Of a stretch of 64,000 bases of DNA, positions 48,877 to 58,649 are shown piece after piece. The stretch covers positions 2,616 through 66,615 of the forward strand of contig JABMMZ010000078.1 in NCBI GenBank assembly GCA_013205405.1. The letters are read 5' to 3'. Positions within the stretch are counted from its first letter, which is position 1; each line of letters begins with the position of its first letter. The stretch comes from Bacteroidota bacterium (GTDB lineage: Bacteria > Bacteroidota > Bacteroidia > NS11-12g > UBA955). The translations under genes and the position numbers were made by a program. The notes beneath the pieces were generated by a model. It had not been told where the DNA came from, did no database searches, and saw only the letters and a list, made by a program, of their open reading frames with translations.

Positions 48877-50778
48877 ATGAAAAAAATTGTTTTTACGTTC
48901 CATTTTATTTGTATTCTTAGTCTGTTTTCTCAAACGGGCTCTCCTGCTAATTCTGGTTTTAAAATTACAAGCTATTCTAAATTTGATTCTGTGCCTAGTT
49001 ATATTAAATTTACTAACAAAGAATCACCCATTATTATTTCAGAAAATATAAATTATTGGTTTCAGAAAAACCTGAATGGAAATACTGAATTTAATCTCAG
49101 AAAAAAAAGCAGTAACTATGATTTAGTGGGCAATTACCATGAAAAATTTATTCAGTATTATAAAAATTTACCTGTAATCAATAGTATGGTAAATATACAC
49201 TACAAGGCTAATAAAATTCATTCTTTAAATGGTTATTATTTCCCTGAACTTAATATTTCAGCAACACCCCTTATCAATGAGCAAAATGCCTTAAAAATAG
49301 CTTTAGCGAATTACCCGATTAATACAGAATATGCTTGGCAAAATAAGGCTTACGAAAATTTAATTCAAAATGCCCATGGGCATAGTATTTTTCCAGAAGG
49401 TAAGCTTTGTATTGTTGCAAAAAACTTTATATACTCAAAAAATAATTTTCATTTAGCATATCAATTTAAAATTTATGGTGTTAGTCCAGTTTTTGCAGAA
49501 ACAGTATACATAGATGCTATCAATGGAGAAGTATTGCACACTGAAAATTTAATATGTCATATAGATGTAAATGGAAAAGGAATATCAAAATTTAGTGGCG
49601 TAAAAGACATCACATGTGATAGTATTTCACCAAGCAATTTTAAATTGCAAGAAAATGGTTTGCGAAAGCTTACAACATTAAATGCTTACAACCTAACCAA
49701 AGATTTTCAAGAATTTTCAAATACCAGTAATTTTTGGGATTTAGATACAAGCGCTAATAAAAGAATTGCTATTGATATTCACTGGGGATTGGAGAAAACA
49801 CTAGATTTCTTAAAATTTAAATTAAATAGAAATAGCATCGATAACCAAGACTTTAGAATAGTTGGCATTGCTAATTATGACAAAAGTTATAGCAATGCAT
49901 TTTGGAACGGTCAATTTGCCGCCTTTGGAGATGGAGACGGCATCAGAACGGGACCATTTGGCACTTTAGACGTATGCGGGCACGAAGTAAGCCATGGATT
50001 AACACAGTATACGGCTGGCTTAGTTTATAGCTACGAATCGGGAGCACTAAATGAATCTTTTTCAGATATATTCGGCAAATGCATAGACCATTATGCCTAC
50101 CCTAAAAGTTTTAATTGGACAATTGGAAAAAATATTTATCTAAATGGCGCTTCACTAAGAGATATGAGAGACCCTTATTTTTATAACGATCCAAAATACT
50201 ATTATGGCTCATTTTACGCTAAATCAGCTGATGATAATGGTGGTGTACACACAAATAGCTCAGTGCAAAACCATTGGTTTTATTTACTATGCAATGGAGG
50301 AAAAGAAAGACATGAAAAAACCAAAGTTTATCATACTGTAGATTCTATTGGATGGGATAAAGCCACTGCCATAGCCTATAGTAATTTAGTAGATTACCTA
50401 ACCCCACAATCAGAATATCAAGAAGCTGCAGATCTATCTATTGAAATTGCTGGCGATATGTATGGAATAGGCAGTAATATACAAAAACAGGTAATTTTAG
50501 CTTGGTATATGGCTGGTTTAGCGCTATTGCCTGTTTCTAGTGTAAACAGTTATTCTATTGCTAAAAATGTTGCAGTATATCCAAATCCTGCACAAAATAC
50601 ACTTACTATTGAAGGTGCTGCTGAACTCGAAAGCATCAAAATAACAGATATTTCTGGAAGAATAATTTTAAAAACAGAATTAAGTGCCGATAATTCAATA
50701 GATATTCAATTCTTAAAAAGTGGTATTTATTTTATACAATTTAGCGATGGCTCTTTACAAAAGTTTGTGAAGTTATAA
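48877..50778 (+). CDS. M4 (thermolysin) metallopeptidase with a T9SS type-A CTD
   Basis: NAFWNG, HEVSH, GALNESFSD, GVHTNS; VYPNPA…GIYFIQ…KFVKL CTD. Confidence 0.93.
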   Translation: MKKIVFTFHFICILSLFSQTGSPANSGFKITSYSKFDSVPSYIKFTNKESPIIISENINYWFQKNLNGNTEFNLRKKSSNYDLVGNYHEKFIQYYKNLPVINSMVNIHYKANKIHSLNGYYFPELNISATPLINEQNALKIALANYPINTEYAWQNKAYENLIQNAHGHSIFPEGKLCIVAKNFIYSKNNFHLAYQFKIYGVSPVFAETVYIDAINGEVLHTENLICHIDVNGKGISKFSGVKDITCDSISPSNFKLQENGLRKLTTLNAYNLTKDFQEFSNTSNFWDLDTSANKRIAIDIHWGLEKTLDFLKFKLNRNSIDNQDFRIVGIANYDKSYSNAFWNGQFAAFGDGDGIRTGPFGTLDVCGHEVSHGLTQYTAGLVYSYESGALNESFSDIFGKCIDHYAYPKSFNWTIGKNIYLNGASLRDMRDPYFYNDPKYYYGSFYAKSADDNGGVHTNSSVQNHWFYLLCNGGKERHEKTKVYHTVDSIGWDKATAIAYSNLVDYLTPQSEYQEAADLSIEIAGDMYGIGSNIQKQVILAWYMAGLALLPVSSVNSYSIAKNVAVYPNPAQNTLTIEGAAELESIKITDISGRIILKTELSADNSIDIQFLKSGIYFIQFSDGSLQKFVKL

Positions 50779-50844
50779 TTGGTGAAACTTTCTTATTATT
50801 TGTCTATCCATCACCCAATACTTATCTTTGCTCATTCTGCTTAA

Positions 50845-52077
50845 ATGGACGATTATCAAATTCACACTTTAAAAAATGGCTTGCGCATTGTTTATAAACA
50901 AGCTTTTAATACTGCTGCTTCGCACCTTGGTTTTACAATAAATGTTGGTGCCAGAGACGATGGCCAACTGCCAGGTACTGCCCATTGTTTTTAACACATG
51001 CTTTTTAAAGGTACTCAAAAACGCAAGGCCATGCAAATTATTAACCGACTAGAGGTAGTAGGTGGTGAAATGAATGCTTTTACAACCAAAGAAATTACGG
51101 TTTTGTATGCCTCTATTGTTAATGAATATACTGAAAGAGCCCTAGAATTATTAGCCGATTTGACATTCAACTCAACCTTTCCTGAAAAAGAATTACTGAA
51201 AGAGAAAAAAGTAATTACGGAAGAAATAAATATGTATTTAGACACACCAGAAGAAAATATTTATGACGAGTTTCAAGAAATGATTTTTAAAGGCCATGCC
51301 CTAGCCCCCAATATTTTAGGTACTATAGAAAGTTTAAATGAAATAAATGCTAAAAATTTAAGAAATTTTCATAGCCAATATTACCATCCCAAAAATGTGG
51401 TTTTAAGTATAAATACGAATTTGCCATTGGCTAAAATTGTAAAATGGGCAGAAAAATATACCGAAGACATCAGTTTTGGCACTTTTATAAAAACAAAAAG
51501 AAAAGCGTTTACCAAATACAAAACACAAATTGAAAGCAAGGATACAGAGCATGTGCAATGCCATGCCATACTAGGAAATGTTTGCTATAGCCATCAGAGT
51601 AAAGAGCGTTTTCCAATGTTATTATTAAATAATCTTTTAGGAGGCCCAGGAATGAATTCAAGACTTACAATTTCTATAAGAGAAAAACATGGTTACACTT
51701 ATAACGTAGAAAGTGGCTACAGTGGCTTTAATGAAACAGGCATTTTTCACTGTTATCTTTCCACAGATAAAAAATATCTGAACAAAAGTGTGGACTTAGT
51801 ATACAAAGAATTGAAAAAACTGAAAGAAATAAAACTCTCTAAAATACAGTTGCATCAGGCTAAAACACAGTTTAAAGGACAGATAGTTTTAGGTGAAGAG
51901 AGCAGAATGAATTTAATGCTTTTGCTAGGAAAAAACCTTGCTCAAGGCTATAAAATTGAAAGTTTACAAGAAGTTTTAAACAGAATTGATAAGATTACAG
52001 GCGAAGAAATTCAGGATATTGCCAACAATGTTTTTGACTTCGAAAAATTAAGCTATCTTGCCTATGTTTCTGAATAA
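50845..52077 (+). pseudogene. M16 (pitrilysin-family) peptidase with an in-frame TAA at the catalytic Glu
   Basis: From ATG 50845: MDDYQIHTLKNGLRIV…GARDD…GTAHCF*HMLFKGT. TAA 50992-50994 sits at the E of HxxEH and the frame continues intact (NAFTTKE, LGGPGMNSRL). Confidence 0.85.
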
Positions 52078-52091
52078 TTAAAAATCCCAAT

Positions 52092-52745
52092 ATGGCAGCA
52101 CTACACAGACTAAAAAAGCTAATAGCGAGTGGTGAAAGTGATACTTTAGACTTCAAACAAACTATTTCAGACGCCAGTAAAATTGCTAAAACTTTAGCGG
52201 CCTTTAGCAATCATAAAGGTGGTACTTTGCTAATAGGGGTTAGAGATAATGGTAGCATAGCCGGGGTAAGAAGTGAAGACGAAAAATACATGTTAGAACT
52301 AGCTGGCACCTTTTATTGTGAACCTAAAATAAATGTTGAGTTAAAAGAACACGAAATAGACGGTAAATTAATAATTGAAGCATTAATACCTGCCGGTAAT
52401 ATGAAACCGTATTTTGCTAAAGACCAAGAGGGAAAATGGTTGGTATATCACCGTGTAAAAGACAGAAGTTTGCAGGCCAGTGTTGTTATGTTTCAAGTAT
52501 TAAAAAAGCAAAATCGTCAAACAATCAATTTATTAGAATACAGCCTATTAGAATCCAAAATATTAAGTTTATTGAAAAGCGATGAACCAAAAGTTTTAAA
52601 TTATTTAGTCAGTAGCTTGAACATTCAAAGACATCGTATAATTCACAGTTTAGCTAAATTAATTTATTTTAAAATTGTAAACACAAACTACGACCAAAAA
52701 ATAGAAAGGTACGCTTTATTAAATGATTCATTAACAACAAAGTAA
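52092..52745 (+). CDS. Schlafen/AlbA_2 domain protein
   Basis: GESDTLDFK…IAKTLAAFSNHKGGTLLIGVRDNG motif. Confidence 0.88.
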   Translation: MAALHRLKKLIASGESDTLDFKQTISDASKIAKTLAAFSNHKGGTLLIGVRDNGSIAGVRSEDEKYMLELAGTFYCEPKINVELKEHEIDGKLIIEALIPAGNMKPYFAKDQEGKWLVYHRVKDRSLQASVVMFQVLKKQNRQTINLLEYSLLESKILSLLKSDEPKVLNYLVSSLNIQRHRIIHSLAKLIYFKIVNTNYDQKIERYALLNDSLTTK

Positions 52746-52822
52746 TAAATACATAAACACATTAAATTATTTTAAATAAAAAAAATATATTAATTTTGTT
52801 TTTATACATAACATCAAAATAT

Positions 52823-53704
52823 ATTAAAAAGTTAATTTTTATATCATTATTTTTTCTTTGCTATTCTGCAAAAGGACAATCAGTAGACTTATTTTTTGGT
52901 ACGGGATCAAGTCATTTTTTAGGTGATTTAGGAGGAAAACTATTTGCTGGCACAAACGATTTTCAAGACGTAGATTTTGCAAAAACGCGCTACGGACTTA
53001 CAGCAGGAGTTCGTGTAAACTTTGGCCGTTATTTTACCTTAAGAGCCAATGGCTGGTATGCAAGAGTAGCTGGAGATGATAAATTTACATCCAACAAAGA
53101 AAGACGTGGTAGAAATTTAAGTTTCTTTTCTCCAATTTTAGAAGGCGATGTTTTAGCAGAAATTAATTTTGCGAAAAGTAAAAATGGCAAAGGTATTTTT
53201 TACATTTTTGGTGGCCTAGGTTTCTTTACATTTAATCCGAAAACAAAATTAAATGGCAATACTTATAACTTAAGAGATTATGGAACAGAAGGTCAATTTG
53301 CGATTGCTGGCAAATCACCTTATGCTTTGTCTTCAATATGTTTTCCTTCTGGTATTGGCTATAAATTAGCAGTTGGCAGAAAAAGTTATTTAGCATTTGA
53401 AGTTAATATGCGTAAAACGCAAACAGATTATATTGACGATGTAAGTACTAATTTTGTTGACCCTAATTTATTAATTGCAGCTAAAGGCCCTGTTGCTGCC
53501 CAACTAGCTGACAGAAATATATCTACAATTCCGGGCTTTAGTACTCCAGGTTCTATAAGAGGCGATGTAAAAAACAATGACTCTTATTTTTTCTTAGCAA
53601 TAACCTATAATATTAGACTTGGAGTTGGCGCAGGAGGTATTGGATATGGAGGTAAAAGACGTGGTGGAAGAATACATGGCAAAGGCAGATGTTTTGAGTT
53701 TTAA
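52823..53704 (+). CDS. Outer-membrane beta-barrel protein (DUF6089-like); start codon uncertain
   Basis: G.S.FLGDLGG, RNLSF.S, FNPK, TDYIDDVS and RG…NDSYFF motifs. The signal peptide begins at ATT 52823 (IKKLIFISLFF). Confidence 0.78.
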   Translation: MKKLIFISLFFLCYSAKGQSVDLFFGTGSSHFLGDLGGKLFAGTNDFQDVDFAKTRYGLTAGVRVNFGRYFTLRANGWYARVAGDDKFTSNKERRGRNLSFFSPILEGDVLAEINFAKSKNGKGIFYIFGGLGFFTFNPKTKLNGNTYNLRDYGTEGQFAIAGKSPYALSSICFPSGIGYKLAVGRKSYLAFEVNMRKTQTDYIDDVSTNFVDPNLLIAAKGPVAAQLADRNISTIPGFSTPGSIRGDVKNNDSYFFLAITYNIRLGVGAGGIGYGGKRRGGRIHGKGRCFEF

Positions 53705-56118
53705 TAACTCCATTTGTTAGTTTTATTGTCGAAAGTTTCTATTGTAAATTTCAGTTGTGGTAAATAAGTATACAAATTGCTAACTGCAGCATTATAAAAC
53801 ACCCCTATTTTAAATCTTTCTTTCCATAATCTTATCACTTTTTCAAACCCAATAAACGCTTCAGCATACTTTAAATTTCTCTCTCTAGTGTATAGTAAAC
53901 CACCTCCAACACATTCAATTAGTTTTAATTGTTTTATAAGCGGTATTTTATTAAGAATAGCACCGTTAAATCGATGGAAATAATGCGCTTCATAAAATCT
54001 TTTGATAGTACTAAATGTAGTATCTATACCTTGAAATGAATACATTGGATTAGTGAAAAATATGGGACCCGCTCGTCTTTGAAACTCATAATCTATAAGT
54101 CTTAAATCTTGGCTTGTTAAAAACTCACCAGAAATAATGCGATATCTGCTAACACCTGCCAGTCCAACTTTAAGCTCTTGTTCAGCTTTAAATTCTAAAT
54201 AATCGAAATTAATTGTACTTCCCAAAATATTTAATCCCTTTTTATATATGGCTGTAATTTCTGGCCATTTGCTCCCTAATACCTGTTTTTGATAAGGCTC
54301 TCTTATATACTTTTGAAAAGGCACATAAGAAATAGAAATAGTACCATATAGTGCTTTATAATAATCAAAATCAATTGCCTTATTTGGTCCCCCGTAAAAC
54401 AAATCACCCCTACTATCAAATTTATAATCGGATATTGAACGTCTGTTAGAATATTTTAGGCCATTTCCTAGATATAGTCCATTTATCAACTCTACTCTAT
54501 GAAAAATAGATCCAAAATCTTCAACATAAAAATTACTACGCTTAAATATCGCTATCCATGCATCAAAAGGATTAATAATTCCAAAATCACTTCCTACTGA
54601 AATATTAATACGGCCTATATTAAAAGGATTGTATAATCTTCCAAAATTTAAAGACCCTTTTAGATCATTATTTAATACCCCAAAATTAGCTGTAGGCATT
54701 AATTCAATAGTTTTTTTATTTTTAAAAATTCTTTCATATCCTACCCAATATTGTACCCTAGGACCAGCAATATAAATTGGCAAATATGAAAATATTAAAG
54801 GTTTAAAGGTCCAGTAACGCTCATTGCTCCGCTTATAATTACCTTGACCCATCAAAAATATTTTCTTAAGTGTAATTTTATTAAAATTTCTGTCTACAGA
54901 ATCTTGCCAATATTTTTGAGATTGCAGAGCTTTGGTACTATCACTTTTTCTAATAAAGGCTAACTCTGATATTGTAAAAGGCTCTTTTCGTATGAAACTC
55001 CAAAAATTAGTATCTTTCTCATAGGCTTCTACCGAAGTTGAACTAAGTTCATTGTTAAAAAACCGTTTTTTAAATTCTTGTTTAAATAGATAATCAGAAT
55101 AATAAACTACCGTGCGTCCAGTATTCTTTGTTTTACCAAATTTTGCACTGTAATTAAATTCTTGCTGAGCCAAACAGTAATGACTATCTATAAATTGATA
55201 TTTTTGACTCACTTCAAAAGCATCATATTCTAACATATGGTACTTGGGCATGCTGAGTTTTAAACTTACTATACAAAAACTGCTGTCCATTATGGTGAGT
55301 TCACCAGTTACCAGTGCATTACCCAGTATGCCGGGCGAAACCTTAATACGGTAATACTTTTTATCTCCTTCATAATAGGCTTTTAGCATTTTATACTTAT
55401 ACGCCACAATACCACTATTGCTAATGGGCGATAAAATGGGCGATTCAGATAAAGCTGGAATTTGGATTAAATTTCGATACCAATTAAAATCGCCATCAGT
55501 ATGGGTTAAATAAAACAATCCATCCTTTTCGCCTCTTATATTTACACCCGTACGTTCCTCTTTTATTTTAGCAGGTGGCGCACTGTTCAATGTCATAAAT
55601 ATTTCAGCTATATTCATTTGAGGCACAGTTACGGTGGTGTCTTTTTTCTTTTTAGGCGTTATTTCTTCCTCCGTAGCTTTAATATAAGCTTTTACAGTAT
55701 AAGCATCTGGATTACCATACAATTGCTTATTGGCAATTACTTTTCTGATAATTTCTACCGATTTGTCTTTACTTTTATTCACCACCTTTGCGCTTTCTAA
55801 TTCTATCGCATTATCTTCTAAAATAATATTTTGAATAATATCTGTAGCCCTAACAGTTATTGGCATTTTAAGGGTTTTATAACCATCAAATGTAAAAACA
55901 AAAACATAGGAACCTTCTTTAATATTTACTTTATATTCTCCACTTATACTGGTACTTGTATTTAAATAAGCAAAATCTATTACTGATACATTTACCAGCG
56001 CTATTGGCTCTAAATTAGCATTTGTTACAATTCCTTTTACAAAAATATCTTGTGCTTTAGAAATATTAATTCTAAAAACAATTAAAAAACAAATAATGAA
56101 TGGTACTTTTCTATACAT
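53701..56118 (-). CDS. DUF5686 / carboxypeptidase-regulatory-like domain outer-membrane protein
   Basis: N-terminal VKGIVT…EPI…G.Y…GYKT CarboxypepD_reg-like domain; IIRKVIANK, SPIS…YKY and FW..IR.EP motifs. Confidence 0.82.
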   Translation of the reverse strand: MYRKVPFIICFLIVFRINISKAQDIFVKGIVTNANLEPIALVNVSVIDFAYLNTSTSISGEYKVNIKEGSYVFVFTFDGYKTLKMPITVRATDIIQNIILEDNAIELESAKVVNKSKDKSVEIIRKVIANKQLYGNPDAYTVKAYIKATEEEITPKKKKDTTVTVPQMNIAEIFMTLNSAPPAKIKEERTGVNIRGEKDGLFYLTHTDGDFNWYRNLIQIPALSESPILSPISNSGIVAYKYKMLKAYYEGDKKYYRIKVSPGILGNALVTGELTIMDSSFCIVSLKLSMPKYHMLEYDAFEVSQKYQFIDSHYCLAQQEFNYSAKFGKTKNTGRTVVYYSDYLFKQEFKKRFFNNELSSTSVEAYEKDTNFWSFIRKEPFTISELAFIRKSDSTKALQSQKYWQDSVDRNFNKITLKKIFLMGQGNYKRSNERYWTFKPLIFSYLPIYIAGPRVQYWVGYERIFKNKKTIELMPTANFGVLNNDLKGSLNFGRLYNPFNIGRINISVGSDFGIINPFDAWIAIFKRSNFYVEDFGSIFHRVELINGLYLGNGLKYSNRRSISDYKFDSRGDLFYGGPNKAIDFDYYKALYGTISISYVPFQKYIREPYQKQVLGSKWPEITAIYKKGLNILGSTINFDYLEFKAEQELKVGLAGVSRYRIISGEFLTSQDLRLIDYEFQRRAGPIFFTNPMYSFQGIDTTFSTIKRFYEAHYFHRFNGAILNKIPLIKQLKLIECVGGGLLYTRERNLKYAEAFIGFEKVIRLWKERFKIGVFYNAAVSNLYTYLPQLKFTIETFDNKTNKWSY

Positions 56119-56445
56119 TAATTGAATACTTAAAACAAACTAACGCAAAATAGCTTTAATTTGTTACAATAAATCGATAAATTTTATATTTTAGCTAATG
56201 AAAGTTTTTAAATTCTCAATAAAAAGCAATAATTGTTCAATTGATTTTTAAAGGCTTTATTAAAACAGAAATTTTTGCATTAAAAAAGAAATAACTTTTT
56301 TACAATTTAATCTTTTAACACTTTAACAAAAAATGTAATTTGTTTTAAGTTTATTTGTCATTATTAAGTCATAATTTTTATTATTTTTATTTGGGGGGTA
56401 AAACACTTAATATTGTATTAACATAAAATATATAAAAATTAAATC

Positions 56446-57396
56446 ATGAAAAATCAATTTATTTACACATTTGCTATTGCTACTATCCTTTTATTTTCCT
56501 GTAAAGATAAAACTGAAGACACAAATACGAGTCTAGATACCACACCACAATGGGAGTCGAATGTAACAAGTTCAGATATTCGAAAACACTTTGATCTTCA
56601 AGCCATAACTGGGACTTCTACTACAATTTCTTCTGCCACAGGAGGAACCGTTACTATTAATGGCTTTTCTGCTACGGTTCCTGCAGATGCTTTTGCTAAT
56701 CAAGATGGAAGTCCATACAATGGAAATGTTAAGTTAAGTATATCTATTATTACCAACTCTGAAGGTATGTTAAAAAGCGGAATTACAAATGTTAATGACA
56801 GTGGCGATTTATTAATTTCTGCTGGTATGTTTAAATTAGACGCCTTAAATGAAACTAATAATAAATTAAAACTAAGACCAGGTATAAAATTTGGTTCAGA
56901 AATTCCTGGCTTTGATTTGAATAATAAAGTATTTGAAGGTGTTGCAGCTGCAGGTAATAATAAAGTAGTTTGGGAAGAATGGGATAGCACAAATATTAAA
57001 CGTGGAAATAATACATTTATATTTGGGTTAGACAAGTTATTTACTTGGTGCAATTTAGATAGATATATGAATGAAAAACCTTTAACAGATATTACCATTA
57101 CCACACCAGCGGGTTATACTAATAAAAATACCGAATGTTTTATAAAATATACTGGCGAAAATGCAACAGCGTATATTCCTGCCAATAGCACTCTTAAAGC
57201 TTTTTCTACACAAGGTGGATTTTATAAAGTAGTTGTTGGTAGAGCTGCCAAAATACTATGTTTTTCCAAGAGAGATGGTAAATTTTATTATGAAATTAAA
57301 ACCATTGCAGCCATAGCTGCAAATCAAACATTGGCAATGACAAACTTGGTAGAAACAACAGAAGCCAATTTAAATATTGTCATTTCAAGTTTTTAG
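56446..57396 (+). CDS. Hypothetical lipoprotein
   Basis: Lipobox LFSC followed by KDK; LISAGMF and WCNLD segments. Confidence 0.8.
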   Translation: MKNQFIYTFAIATILLFSCKDKTEDTNTSLDTTPQWESNVTSSDIRKHFDLQAITGTSTTISSATGGTVTINGFSATVPADAFANQDGSPYNGNVKLSISIITNSEGMLKSGITNVNDSGDLLISAGMFKLDALNETNNKLKLRPGIKFGSEIPGFDLNNKVFEGVAAAGNNKVVWEEWDSTNIKRGNNTFIFGLDKLFTWCNLDRYMNEKPLTDITITTPAGYTNKNTECFIKYTGENATAYIPANSTLKAFSTQGGFYKVVVGRAAKILCFSKRDGKFYYEIKTIAAIAANQTLAMTNLVETTEANLNIVISSF

Positions 57397-57417
57397 TATT
57401 ATTTTTTAAAATAATTT

Positions 57418-57461
57418 ATCCCCTTTGGAAGGCAAGTTTTGCAACCAAAGGGGATTTTTTT
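57418..57461 (+). terminator. Intrinsic terminator
   Basis: ATCCCCTTTGG…CCAAAGGGGAT followed by a T-run. Confidence 0.8.
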
Positions 57462-57549
57462 ATTATAACTTTTTTAAAATACTAATATTTTGATGCTTAT
57501 AATTGTGCAAAGTATTTGCTGAAATACTATATCAAAGGAAGAAAAAAGA

Positions 57550-58491
57550 ATGAAAAATAGAATTTGTAAATTATTTAATATTCAATACCCAATAATACAA
57601 GCAGGTATGATATGGTGCAGCGGATGGAAATTGGCCTCTACTGTTAGTAATGCCGGAGGTTTAGGCCTTATTGGCAGTGGCAGCATGTATCCTGAGGTAT
57701 TAAGAGATCATATTCAAAAATGCAAAGCCGCTACTAATAAACCATTTGGTGTAAATGTGCCTTTGCTATATCCCAATATAGAAGAACATATATCCATTAT
57801 TATACAAGAAGGTGTAAAAATAGTATTTACTAGTGCCGGCAATCCTGCCACTTGGACCAAGCATTTAAAAGATAATGGCATTACTGTTGTGCATGTAATA
57901 GCCAATACAAAGTTTGCTAAAAAATGTGAACAAAGCGGAGTAGATGCCATAGTGGCCGAAGGTTTTGAAGCTGGAGGACATAACGGAAGAGAAGAAACAA
58001 CTACTCTATGTCTAATACCTATAATAAAAAAAGTATGTAAATTGCCCTTAATTGCCGCAGGTGGTATAGGTAGTGGACAGGCTATGGCAGCTGCCATGTG
58101 CTTAGGTGCCGATGCAGTGCAGGTTGGTAGCGCATTTGCTGCCACAATAGAAAGCAGTGCACATCAGAATTTTAAAAATAAAATAATAACATTAAATGAT
58201 GGTGATACAGAACTTTCTTTAAAAGCATTGACCCCAGTTCGTTTAATTAAAAATGAGTTTTATGACCTTGTGAAACAAGCAGAAAACAAATGTGAAAGTA
58301 AAGAAAAATTAGAAGAAATATTAGGAAGAGGAAGAGCCAAAAAAGGTATGTTTGAAGGCGATATGGAAAATGGTGAACTAGAGATAGGTCAAATAGCAGC
58401 AACGATAAAAGAAATACTTCCGGCAGCAATAGTATTTGAGAATATAGTAAATGCATACAATGATGTAATTGGAAACTTAGATTTTATGTAA
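57550..58491 (+). CDS. Nitronate monooxygenase / FabK-like enoyl-ACP reductase family flavoprotein
   Basis: YPIIQAGM, EGFEAGGHNG, IAAGGIG and GADAVQVG motifs. Confidence 0.9.
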   Translation: MKNRICKLFNIQYPIIQAGMIWCSGWKLASTVSNAGGLGLIGSGSMYPEVLRDHIQKCKAATNKPFGVNVPLLYPNIEEHISIIIQEGVKIVFTSAGNPATWTKHLKDNGITVVHVIANTKFAKKCEQSGVDAIVAEGFEAGGHNGREETTTLCLIPIIKKVCKLPLIAAGGIGSGQAMAAAMCLGADAVQVGSAFAATIESSAHQNFKNKIITLNDGDTELSLKALTPVRLIKNEFYDLVKQAENKCESKEKLEEILGRGRAKKGMFEGDMENGELEIGQIAATIKEILPAAIVFENIVNAYNDVIGNLDFM

Positions 58492-58649
58492 TACTAAATT
58501 ACCTCTAAAATAGCGACATATAATTATTCTTAAAAGTGTACAAATTTTTGAAATAAAATTTTATTTACGGATTATAAAAAAATTTCAAGAAGAAAAGAAT
58601 TGTTTATTCAACTAATATTGAATATGTTTGCGTATAAAATAAACTTAAA

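Noticed and set aside
52092..52745. AlbA_2/Schlafen protein as an anti-phage defence system
   Set aside because: Stand-alone gene in a housekeeping-like context with no defence-island neighbours.
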